A stretch of 64,000 bases of DNA from Promethearchaeati archaeon (lineage in GTDB: Archaea; Asgardarchaeota; Heimdallarchaeia; Heimdallarchaeales; Heimdallarchaeaceae). The translations under genes and the position numbers were made by a program. Location of the stretch: contig JABLTJ010000014.1 of assembly GCA_013166775.1 (NCBI GenBank), forward strand, positions 20,254-84,253. Direction: 5' to 3'. How positions within the stretch are numbered: the first letter of the stretch is position 1; every line of letters begins with the position of its first letter. The notes under the pieces are model-generated. The model had not been told where the DNA came from. It made no database searches and saw only the letters and a program-made list of their open reading frames with translations. This document shows positions 1-8,398 of this stretch, piece after piece.

Positions 1-478
1 TGATGAATCTTGGGTCAGTTAACCAAGCATCTGTGTAGAGTGTTGCAGGAGAATTTAACCAAGGTAATGAATATGAAACTGTTTTTGATAAAGTAAATAT
101 CCAGCGTGCAATAATGTATGTGTTTGATGTTTGAAATATCAGTCCAAAAGTCAAAATCAGGATTGGCATTCTTCTATTTGTTCGCAGAAAAAATGGATAG
201 ATGACATCCCTCTGAACATAATGAGTTAACCAGATAAATAACAGGATTATAGGAACTAATTCTCTTCTCCTCTCCCCAATTGCAAACAGAATAACAAAAA
301 TAATAACTGCAGGGGATTCCATTATAATCCATCCCCATTTACTATTTATTTTTGGTCCCCATCCTCTTCTTACATGTCGTCCATATGGAGCTGAAATAAA
401 AAACAACAAGACGAAAATAGCAACACCGATAAAACCTGAAACAATTATCAGTGCGTTGAAGAAGACAAATTCATTCAT
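1..478 (-). CDS. Steroid 5-alpha-reductase / polyprenol-reductase family membrane protein (N-terminal 159 codons; gene runs off the left window edge)
   Basis: Absent from the ORF track because there is no stop inside the window. Manual minus-strand translation from ATG at 476-478 gives MNEFVFFNALIIVSGFIGVAIFVLLFFISAPYGRHVRRGWGPKINSKWGWIIMESPAVIIF...WLTHYVQRDVIYPFFLRTNRRMP... The blocks APYGRH, GW..ME.P and HY..R..IYP are signature blocks of the 3-oxo-5-alpha-steroid 4-dehydrogenase family. The frame stays open to position 1. Confidence 0.7.
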   Translation of the reverse strand, partial: MNEFVFFNALIIVSGFIGVAIFVLLFFISAPYGRHVRRGWGPKINSKWGWIIMESPAVIIFVILFAIGERRRELVPIILLFIWLTHYVQRDVIYPFFLRTNRRMPILILTFGLIFQTSNTYIIARWIFTLSKTVSYSLPWLNSPATLYTDAWLTDPRFI

Positions 479-581
479 AGACAGTGGAATAATGCAGTTA
501 TTTTAAAGTCTTTCCCAACTTCATTCTTCTATATCCAACAACAGTTTTAAAGAGTCATAGATAATTACTCAAGAGAGGATT

Positions 582-1802
582 GTGTTGACAAAAACTGAAC
601 AAATTAATTCTGAAGTTAAATTGTTTGGAAATGTTCAGTTTATCTATGAGTTAGTTCTAGCAAAGATGGAACTAGAAAGTTTCGATATTGAATATTCAGT
701 GAATGAGAGCTTACGATCCTTTGATATTGCAAAACTTCCAAATCAAGAGAATTTCCTAAGTAGAACAGCATATTTTGAGAACCTCAATAACATTCCTTCT
801 TTATACAAGAAAATCACCTCTAGAAATATTACAAGGTCAATCAATCAATATCTAACTCACTGGTTTTATCCATATAAAGGCAAGTTTCATCCTCAAATGA
901 TTAGAGCTTTATTTAATTATCTGCAAATCCAGTCAGGTGAAACAATTCTAGATCCCTTTATTGGAAGTGGAACCACAGCTCTGGAAGCTCAACTCTTGGG
1001 TATAAATTGTATAGGGATAGATGTTTCTGAAGTGTGTTATCTAATATCAAAGGTAAAAACAAATTCAACTAACTCACATTCTGAAATTAAGAATACTTTC
1101 AATTATTTAGAAGAATTGCTGGATGGTAAACATACAGGAGAGAACGAACAGCTTCAAAGTGTTTCTAATTTTGTTCAAAATATCAAGAATGAAAATTGTA
1201 AGAATTTCTACTGGGTAGCTGAATTAATAACGCATAGTGATAGAGCTAGAAGAAGGAAGAAAAATCCTATACAACTGTTCTATAATAATTCGAAAAAGAT
1301 GTTAGAATCCGTTTCAGATTATGTGGAATTGATAAACAAATTCAATTTGAATTTAGGAGAAACAAGTTTTTACATACAAGATGCTAGAGAACTAAAATTA
1401 CAATCAAATTCAGTTGATGGCATTATTACATCTCCTCCTTACTCAATTGCACTAGATTATGTAGAAAATGATAAACACTCATTTTCTGTTTTAGGCAAGA
1501 AAACTGATGAAATTCGAGAGAATTTTATTGGAGTAAGAGGAAAAGGCAATAGCAAAATCGAAATGTATAATTCAGATATGGTTAAAGCTTATGAGGAAAT
1601 GGATAGGGTTCTAAAACCAGGAAGAAAATGTGTTATAGTTATTGGAAATGCTACTTTGAATAAGCAAGAGATTAAAACTGTTGAAATGACAATTGAAATA
1701 TTCACTAAAATGGGATATTCTCTTGAGAAGAATTTAGACAAAATAATATTTGGATTGTATAATATAATGCAGAAGGAGAACATACTTATTTTTGCAAAAT
1801 AA
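582..1802 (+). CDS. SAM-dependent N6-adenine/N4-cytosine-type methyltransferase, orphan (no adjacent nuclease)
   Basis: 406-aa ORF with a GTG start. Motif I ILDPFIGSGTTALEA comes first, then a roughly 150-aa variable region, then motif IV ITSPPYSIALDY. FHPQMIRALFNYL resembles the helix preceding motif I in N4/N6 DNA methylases. Confidence 0.75.
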   Translation: MLTKTEQINSEVKLFGNVQFIYELVLAKMELESFDIEYSVNESLRSFDIAKLPNQENFLSRTAYFENLNNIPSLYKKITSRNITRSINQYLTHWFYPYKGKFHPQMIRALFNYLQIQSGETILDPFIGSGTTALEAQLLGINCIGIDVSEVCYLISKVKTNSTNSHSEIKNTFNYLEELLDGKHTGENEQLQSVSNFVQNIKNENCKNFYWVAELITHSDRARRRKKNPIQLFYNNSKKMLESVSDYVELINKFNLNLGETSFYIQDARELKLQSNSVDGIITSPPYSIALDYVENDKHSFSVLGKKTDEIRENFIGVRGKGNSKIEMYNSDMVKAYEEMDRVLKPGRKCVIVIGNATLNKQEIKTVEMTIEIFTKMGYSLEKNLDKIIFGLYNIMQKENILIFAK

Positions 1803-1817
1803 AATTAGAAATTGCGT

Positions 1818-2909
1818 CTATTTCTTCAATGAATTGTAGGTTACAAGAATTAAGTCGACAATTTCTTTTTTTGTTATTCCTGGTAAATCAACTTGATATT
1901 CTTTGAATATTTCATCAAATTTATCTGAAATTATATCTTCATTTACTTTTAACATTTTTAATCTTTCTTGTAAAACTGATAGTATGAAAGGAGGAGATAT
2001 GGAAAAATCACCAGATAAGATTATTTCAACTATGTGATCGTCTTCAAAGTGTGCAAAGATTTGAAATAAACCTCCTACAAACTTTTTTTCGTTGAAAATA
2101 AAATAAGTACCAGATTTGATTTTCTGCTGAAGTATTTCATCACCCTCACCTTCTACATAGTATAACCATTGATTCTCTATATACTGACCATCCAATTTTT
2201 TAATTTCCTTTTTCTCTTCATCAGATAATTTATCAGGAATTAATTTCACATTTAAGATATTCTGGAAATTCTCAACGTATTTTGAAATGACTGCTTGTTT
2301 AGATGGGATTTCAGAGAGGAAGAAGTTAAAACTTCCCATCCTTTCTTCTAATGTATTAGCTATCTTATCTCTAAACTTCTCTTCAGGAACCTTAAGTATT
2401 TGAGACATTTCTCTTGCGGGAAAATCAAAAATGAAGTTACCAACAAGAACTCTAGAATTTCCAAAAGAAACAGCACCATTTCCACTTATTTTTCTTCCCT
2501 CGGCTATTATATCATTTACTGGGGAATATTGTGCAGGTATATTGAAATCCTGATAGGTTGTTATTACTGGTTGGAGGAAAAATTCATAGAATTCACTCAA
2601 ATGCTGAGGGTATTCTTTTTGACTACAAATTAATTGATAGAAAACTTGATTTTGATCCAGATATACGGAACCTCCTCCACAAGCTCTTCTCACTAATGGT
2701 AATTCTTGTTCTTTGACATAGGACAACTCTACAGAATTTTCAACAATTTGATGCAAACCTAGACACACAAATGGACGATTAGGCCAATTGATAATCAGAG
2801 TATTAGGAGTTTGTAATCTATCTTGAATTATAGCTAGAGCATGATAAATTGATTGGCTTCTTAACCAAGGTATCTCTCCTAGATTCAATAATCTCCATTC
2901 TTTATCCAT
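1818..2909 (-). CDS. lplA: Lipoate-protein ligase A family protein
   Basis: 363-aa ORF. VRRACGGGSVYLDQNQVFYQL matches the RRxxGGGxVYxD lipoyl-AMP block, and RKISGNGAV matches the catalytic Lys block of the biotin/lipoate A/B ligase family. Confidence 0.7.
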   Translation of the reverse strand: MDKEWRLLNLGEIPWLRSQSIYHALAIIQDRLQTPNTLIINWPNRPFVCLGLHQIVENSVELSYVKEQELPLVRRACGGGSVYLDQNQVFYQLICSQKEYPQHLSEFYEFFLQPVITTYQDFNIPAQYSPVNDIIAEGRKISGNGAVSFGNSRVLVGNFIFDFPAREMSQILKVPEEKFRDKIANTLEERMGSFNFFLSEIPSKQAVISKYVENFQNILNVKLIPDKLSDEEKKEIKKLDGQYIENQWLYYVEGEGDEILQQKIKSGTYFIFNEKKFVGGLFQIFAHFEDDHIVEIILSGDFSISPPFILSVLQERLKMLKVNEDIISDKFDEIFKEYQVDLPGITKKEIVDLILVTYNSLKK

Positions 2910-2934
2910 TTTATTTCATCACTATGTGATTGGA

Positions 2935-3639
2935 TTAATCATAAGTAACCCAGGCATTTTCATTGGTTAAGAAAAAGAAGATTTCTCCTATTCCATTAAG
3001 AAGTAATAATCTTGAGAAGCTTAGAGTCATAGGGGTATTGTTGATTTCTATATCAGCAAAAAAGTCTACTGTAACCATATAATGTATATCAGCTTCAAAT
3101 CCAGAGTAGAGATTATGTATAGTTTGGTTTACGTCTGGATATCCACCTTGAAGTACATAGGAAGAATTCCATTCATCAAGATTATACATATATGAAATGA
3201 AAGTACCATTGTTATCACCAAACATTTCCATATATTTCTGTTGAGCATAAAGGTAGGTACTAGGTTTAGTTGTAATATTCATCTCCAAAATGAATAAATG
3301 GACTTTCTTACTAAAACCACTATATTCATCCAGAGATACGTTTTTCATGAAATCTTCTTCAGATAAGATTAATTCTGTTATGTTATTAATAAAAATAATA
3401 TCTTCAAGGGATGATACTTCCTCAAAAAGATAGCTAGTGCTTCCATTTATCATAGAAGTCTGATTTAGATAATCTGCGCTTTGAGAATCCCCTGGAATGT
3501 TGTTTAAGATAATCGAACTCTGGAATCTCGTTATAGGAGGGGGAGCAGAACTGAGCGAAATAAAGATGATTGGTACACATAGTAAACAGAATCCTAATAT
3601 TACAATAAAAAAATTGTAACCGAAATTTGATTCAGACAT
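2935..3639 (-). CDS. Hypothetical protein, N-terminally membrane-anchored, extracytoplasmic
   Basis: 234-aa ORF with an N-terminal hydrophobic helix (FFIVILGFCLLCVPIIFISL) and several N-x-S/T sequons. I recognise no catalytic motif. Confidence 0.45.
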   Translation of the reverse strand: MSESNFGYNFFIVILGFCLLCVPIIFISLSSAPPPITRFQSSIILNNIPGDSQSADYLNQTSMINGSTSYLFEEVSSLEDIIFINNITELILSEEDFMKNVSLDEYSGFSKKVHLFILEMNITTKPSTYLYAQQKYMEMFGDNNGTFISYMYNLDEWNSSYVLQGGYPDVNQTIHNLYSGFEADIHYMVTVDFFADIEINNTPMTLSFSRLLLLNGIGEIFFFLTNENAWVTYD

Positions 3640-3710
3640 AGTAAGAAAATAATCAGAGACTTATAAAAAACTATTCTTTTTAAAATGAAAATAAAAGAAG
3701 GGAAGTTAAT

Positions 3711-4994
3711 CTATTTCCCTTTTTTATAACGATTGTAGAAGTAATAGGATGGCAGCACTATTGCAAAGCAGCCTACTACTGCGAATGCAAAATATACTCC
3801 AGGATTCAAGAAGAAACTGAATTGTCCCATATATTGAGAAGTCCATACATCTCCGTCAGTTGAAAATATAAAATCTACGTTGGGTCTACCTCCTCCAAAT
3901 CTGACTCCTTCCCCAGCAAGGTATGCAATAAAGATATTTTCCTCATAAACAGTAACACTTGGTAACATTCTATAATAACCATCAGGTTCATCGTTACCTT
4001 TGATAACAGTTATGTAAGATGGATTAGTATCAGCCATATCATCAATTAGAACTCCCCAAAGATAAAATTCTTCAAATTCTATACCTTGTTCTGCATCATA
4101 AACGTCTAGCAAACGATCTTGAGCAACAATAAGAAATTGATTATCCCAAAAAGTTAGGGAAGGATAATAAAGATCAGTACGTTGATCTGGTGCTTCAATA
4201 ACTATTTCACCAAAATAGAGAGAGTCTGTTTCAAATAAGTAAGTAAATCTGATTTCTGTTGCGTTGAAAAGTGGTATATTGCTTAATTTTGTCGAAACAA
4301 GATAAACAAGATCGTCATGCCTAAATATATCAAAATCGTCTCCAAAATAATTGTTAGCTAATTCTTCAGTGTCTACCTCTAGAGTAACAGGATCTATATA
4401 CAACAAATAAGTATTATCTCCAGTATAACTACAAGCTAGATACAACTTCTCCTGAAATTCATGTTCAACTACTGTAACATCAAACCAAATGTAACGAGAG
4501 AATAATATCTGAGTATAATTTAGAAAAACAAGATCTGACCACGTTTCACCATTATCTTCTGAATAAAGCAGGAAAAATTCAAGATAATGGGAGGTAAGAT
4601 TTTCTGAAGCAATGAAAAGATATGAGATTTCATTGTAGTAAATAAAAGCTGTTTGAGTAGTATTATGAGTGTAATCAATAACAGGATTCTCTCTCTCAGG
4701 GAATTTGTACTCTGGAGTGAATTGCCAATTCATAATGCTAGCATCATCTTCTTCGATTGTTTTGAATTCTGTAGGTGTTCTTTCACATATTCTAGCTTTT
4801 ATTTCAGCATTAGCGATTCTCTCATTTCTGATAAGATTATGTTTGTACAACATAAGATAATCTCCATCACTAACAGGAGACAAGAGAACATTTGTTGTGG
4901 AAAATGTATCAACTGCTTGAGTAGTTTGAGGATTAATGCAGGTAACAAAAAAACTCCCTACTACGAGAAATACTAAGATTTTTTTCAGTTTCAT
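3711..4994 (-). CDS. Secreted BNR/Asp-box (sialidase-like beta-propeller) protein with C-terminal membrane anchor
   Basis: 427-aa ORF. Signal-like N-terminus MKLKKILVFLVVGSFFVTCINPQTTQA. One perfect Asp-box SEDNGETW (S-x-D-x-G-x-T-W) and a degenerate one, STDGDVW. The C-terminus is a hydrophobic helix followed by NRYKKGK. Confidence 0.55.
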   Translation of the reverse strand: MKLKKILVFLVVGSFFVTCINPQTTQAVDTFSTTNVLLSPVSDGDYLMLYKHNLIRNERIANAEIKARICERTPTEFKTIEEDDASIMNWQFTPEYKFPERENPVIDYTHNTTQTAFIYYNEISYLFIASENLTSHYLEFFLLYSEDNGETWSDLVFLNYTQILFSRYIWFDVTVVEHEFQEKLYLACSYTGDNTYLLYIDPVTLEVDTEELANNYFGDDFDIFRHDDLVYLVSTKLSNIPLFNATEIRFTYLFETDSLYFGEIVIEAPDQRTDLYYPSLTFWDNQFLIVAQDRLLDVYDAEQGIEFEEFYLWGVLIDDMADTNPSYITVIKGNDEPDGYYRMLPSVTVYEENIFIAYLAGEGVRFGGGRPNVDFIFSTDGDVWTSQYMGQFSFFLNPGVYFAFAVVGCFAIVLPSYYFYNRYKKGK

Positions 4995-5077
4995 ATTATG
5001 ACCTTTATTTTTCCTTTTGCGAATCTTTGTTGAAGAATATATAAATTTTATTAAGAAAATGCATTTTTCTCTTTTTT

Positions 5078-5569
5078 TTAACTAAGTTTGAAAGTTGACC
5101 TAATATTCATTAATTCCTGTAATGATTCACTGTTAGAACCTCTATCTGTAGTTGATATATCAAATAAAACAAGAAATTCATTATGTTTTAACGCCATTAA
5201 TTCATATATTCCTTTCATTCTAATTTTTGAATTTTCCCAAAAACCATATAGAAAATGTGCTTCCTTACTATTAAATTCCAGAATCTTATAATCTTTTACA
5301 CTCATTAAATCCCCAGTGTAATATTTATGAATCAATCTTGTTCTGAGATCTGAAAGATAGTCCAGTGTTAAGCTGTTTTCTGTATATGGTTGCCAATAAA
5401 CAAAGAATAACCTTTGTGGTTTCAATCTGATGAATGGGATAAATGTAGTATAATCTAGACCCCTCAGTAAATGAGCGAAATACCCTGATGGAAAAGTAAC
5501 TGTACCTATAAAATCTATATGAGTAACTTTCCTTTTATTTATTAAATCTAGATCAATACTAATCATCAT
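5078..5569 (-). CDS. Hypothetical protein
   Basis: 163-aa ORF occupying the gap between flanking genes. No recognisable motif. Confidence 0.4.
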   Translation of the reverse strand: MMISIDLDLINKRKVTHIDFIGTVTFPSGYFAHLLRGLDYTTFIPFIRLKPQRLFFVYWQPYTENSLTLDYLSDLRTRLIHKYYTGDLMSVKDYKILEFNSKEAHFLYGFWENSKIRMKGIYELMALKHNEFLVLFDISTTDRGSNSESLQELMNIRSTFKLS

Positions 5570-5800
5570 TTAAACGATGGTTCAAACACTCATATAGATT
5601 GCTAATCAATAGTACAAAAACCAGAGAAGAATTTGAAAAAATTAATAAGTGTTTAACAAAATTGCAACTTTTTTTCCTTTTAGAAAGGATTTTCTTCATT
5701 TTACTGATTTCTTTTTTCATTAATTATAAAAATACTTCATTAATAAAAAAAACTTATAAATTAATTTAAAGCTTATTATTACTTGAATGGAGAGATAGCA

Positions 5801-8398
5801 ATGCAAAGAAAAGGAAAAGTGATTTTTATTATTTTGTTGCTAATTATTTTAAGTTCCACAATCACTTTTTCATCAGATTTCAATTCAAAACTAAAAGTCT
5901 ATGATAACTATTTTCTAAAAGTTAAGACCGGAGAAAATTCTATAATATTTGATGTATCTAGAAATTTTAGTGGAAATTCTTTATTAGAAATAAGAATTGG
6001 ATTTTATGATGAAATCCGAGATAAATACGGAGTAGTTTTTTATTTATTCGAAATTGATTATTATAGCTACAAGGAAATAGATTATGATACTATCATTTCT
6101 ATTTTTACATCTGAAAATTTTACAGTTACTAATCTAGTTCTTATTCCAATTTCTGAAGCATTTAATCAATATTTGTTAGATCAAGGATATTTAGTAGAAG
6201 AAAGTAAGAGTCAAACAATTATATCAAAACATGATTATTATTTTAGATACAACTCAAAAGGATTATTAATTGAATATACACAGAAAGTAGGAGATTCTTA
6301 CATCTCAATGAGCAAAGCATTAACTCCCATTACTTTTTCTACATTGTTTACTCTTATACCTCTATTGACACTTGTAGGGTTTTCATTAATCGTATTTCTT
6401 AGAAGTAGAAAGGAAGAAAAAGTATTTTCAATTTCAAGATGGAAATTTGAAGAAAAAAGAAATATCCCAATTTTGATCTTGTCTGCAATAGTCTTTCTAA
6501 TATTTACAATAGAAAACAAATCATTTTCAAACTTAACATTCTTAGGAAAACTAGGAGCACATAATATTTATAGAGGGGGTTCGTTTTATGCAGGTTATTT
6601 AGTTTTTAGTTCTACTATAAAATACGAAATACCTTTTAGTTCTAATTTTTTCTATTTTGTATTTCTAGCAATATTATCTTTTTTCATATTGAAGCAGAAG
6701 AATGATAACAAATATAAAACGAAATTCGTGTGGACTCTTCTTGGAAGCTTTTCAGCATTAATTTCGTTTTTATTGTTTTATGTTTTTTATTTTAAAGGGG
6801 AAATGTTCATCAATATATCTATTGTTTTTGAGACAATAACTAATGTAAGCATTATTTCATATCTAGTTACTTCAAACAATCAAAGAGTATCTGAACAGAG
6901 AAACAGAACAAGACATACGAACAAAAAAATTCTATTTTCCATTTTAGGTTTTTCTATATTATCAGGAATTACTTCTTTACTCCTAGTGTTGCTTTCCCAA
7001 TTTTTAAGACTAGAAATAAGACCATTAACTATAGTTTTAGAAGGAGTACATTTTACTGGCAGGTTCTTCAGTATTCTTGTTACAATTTTATTTTTCCTGT
7101 ATTTAGTTAGGTTGATAGACAATGAAAAAGAGAGGAAGGAAAATACATTTAATCAGGTAATTTCAAGACCTCTTTTTTATATAGTATTAATGATAATAGT
7201 AACTACCTCAATCCTCTCTTATGTTTTCAATTTAAATCTAAATTGGAGAGAAAGTGATCATCTTTACAATAGTCAGTACATAATGTCATTCATCTATTTA
7301 AGCTGTTATACATTAATATATCTCATTTTATTCAGCTTAATTACAAATGATATATTCCGGAAAATTCTATCTGCAATTAAAGAAAAGCGAAAGAAAATAA
7401 CTCTAAAAAGCAGATATGATAATTATAGCAAAAAGACAATTCCTCTTATCTCAGGATTAGCTATCGCTTGTTTATTCTTTATTTTTAAGAATGATCAGCT
7501 TGTACGGATTGCTTTTGAGAGAAATTATGATTTTTATGATGCAGGATATTGGTTTAGAGTAGAGACTTGGTCAGCTAATATACCGTTATCTGAAGGAACA
7601 ACATATATCTTTTACTTTTGGTTATTAATATTCATTGGTTTATTATTAATAAGCTCTTTAAAGGAAAATAAGAAAAAATCTATTAGAGATTCAACTAAAT
7701 TCTTTGTTTATACACTAACCACTTTGTTATTCACCAATTATGTTTTGACTGGTTTCGTATATATGCGAGAAGTTGGATGGAATCGTAATAATTTTCTCTG
7801 GTTTGCGTTTGCAATTCTAATAATAGATATTATCATAATGAGTTTTCTTATTTTAATCATAATCAAAATATGGAAAAGAAGAAGCCAATATTACATCTTT
7901 CAAGAAAATAAGATTCTTCTAATCAGTTTAATATCAAGCTTATTACTAACAATCTTACTTGATTTTGTTGGTCTTGGGATAAACACCATCGCAATCATTA
8001 ATAGTATGGAACAATTGGCTTCAAGATTGTTCAAAACAGGAGTAGCAATGACACCATTAATAAGTTTTCTAGTTTTATGGGGCGTTTTATACACTATGAA
8101 CAAACAGATGAAAACAGAAGAAAATACGAAAACAAAAAAGTATATTAGAATTCTCTCCATTGTGATGTTGGTTCTATTCATTATTGCGAAAATTGTAAAT
8201 GTAATTCTCATTTTTGATGTAACAGCTTTTAATTTAGATCAGACATATATTATCAGTTATACTACAAATCTAATAATTGACTTCTGTAGATTTTTGTTCA
8301 TAGTAACACTATTCATAATTAGTTATGTATTTCTTAAGCAACATTTTCTTCGAGAAATTATCAATAAGAAAAATGAAGCAACAACGAATCTATCTTGA
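5801..8398 (+). CDS. Large polytopic membrane protein of unknown function (about 20 predicted TM helices, N-terminal extracytoplasmic domain)
   Basis: The ORF opens at TTG 5783. ATG at 5801 is preceded by GGAGAG (5789-5794) and gives MQRKGKVIFIILLLIILSS. Long runs of hydrophobic segments continue throughout. I see no WWDYG or other glycosyltransferase motif. Confidence 0.6.
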   Translation: MQRKGKVIFIILLLIILSSTITFSSDFNSKLKVYDNYFLKVKTGENSIIFDVSRNFSGNSLLEIRIGFYDEIRDKYGVVFYLFEIDYYSYKEIDYDTIISIFTSENFTVTNLVLIPISEAFNQYLLDQGYLVEESKSQTIISKHDYYFRYNSKGLLIEYTQKVGDSYISMSKALTPITFSTLFTLIPLLTLVGFSLIVFLRSRKEEKVFSISRWKFEEKRNIPILILSAIVFLIFTIENKSFSNLTFLGKLGAHNIYRGGSFYAGYLVFSSTIKYEIPFSSNFFYFVFLAILSFFILKQKNDNKYKTKFVWTLLGSFSALISFLLFYVFYFKGEMFINISIVFETITNVSIISYLVTSNNQRVSEQRNRTRHTNKKILFSILGFSILSGITSLLLVLLSQFLRLEIRPLTIVLEGVHFTGRFFSILVTILFFLYLVRLIDNEKERKENTFNQVISRPLFYIVLMIIVTTSILSYVFNLNLNWRESDHLYNSQYIMSFIYLSCYTLIYLILFSLITNDIFRKILSAIKEKRKKITLKSRYDNYSKKTIPLISGLAIACLFFIFKNDQLVRIAFERNYDFYDAGYWFRVETWSANIPLSEGTTYIFYFWLLIFIGLLLISSLKENKKKSIRDSTKFFVYTLTTLLFTNYVLTGFVYMREVGWNRNNFLWFAFAILIIDIIIMSFLILIIIKIWKRRSQYYIFQENKILLISLISSLLLTILLDFVGLGINTIAIINSMEQLASRLFKTGVAMTPLISFLVLWGVLYTMNKQMKTEENTKTKKYIRILSIVMLVLFIIAKIVNVILIFDVTAFNLDQTYIISYTTNLIIDFCRFLFIVTLFIISYVFLKQHFLREIINKKNEATTNLS

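Noticed and set aside
582-2909. Restriction-modification or other defence system around the methyltransferase
   Set aside because: The neighbouring genes are a steroid-reductase-family membrane protein and a lipoate ligase. No nuclease, helicase, specificity subunit or second methyltransferase is present.
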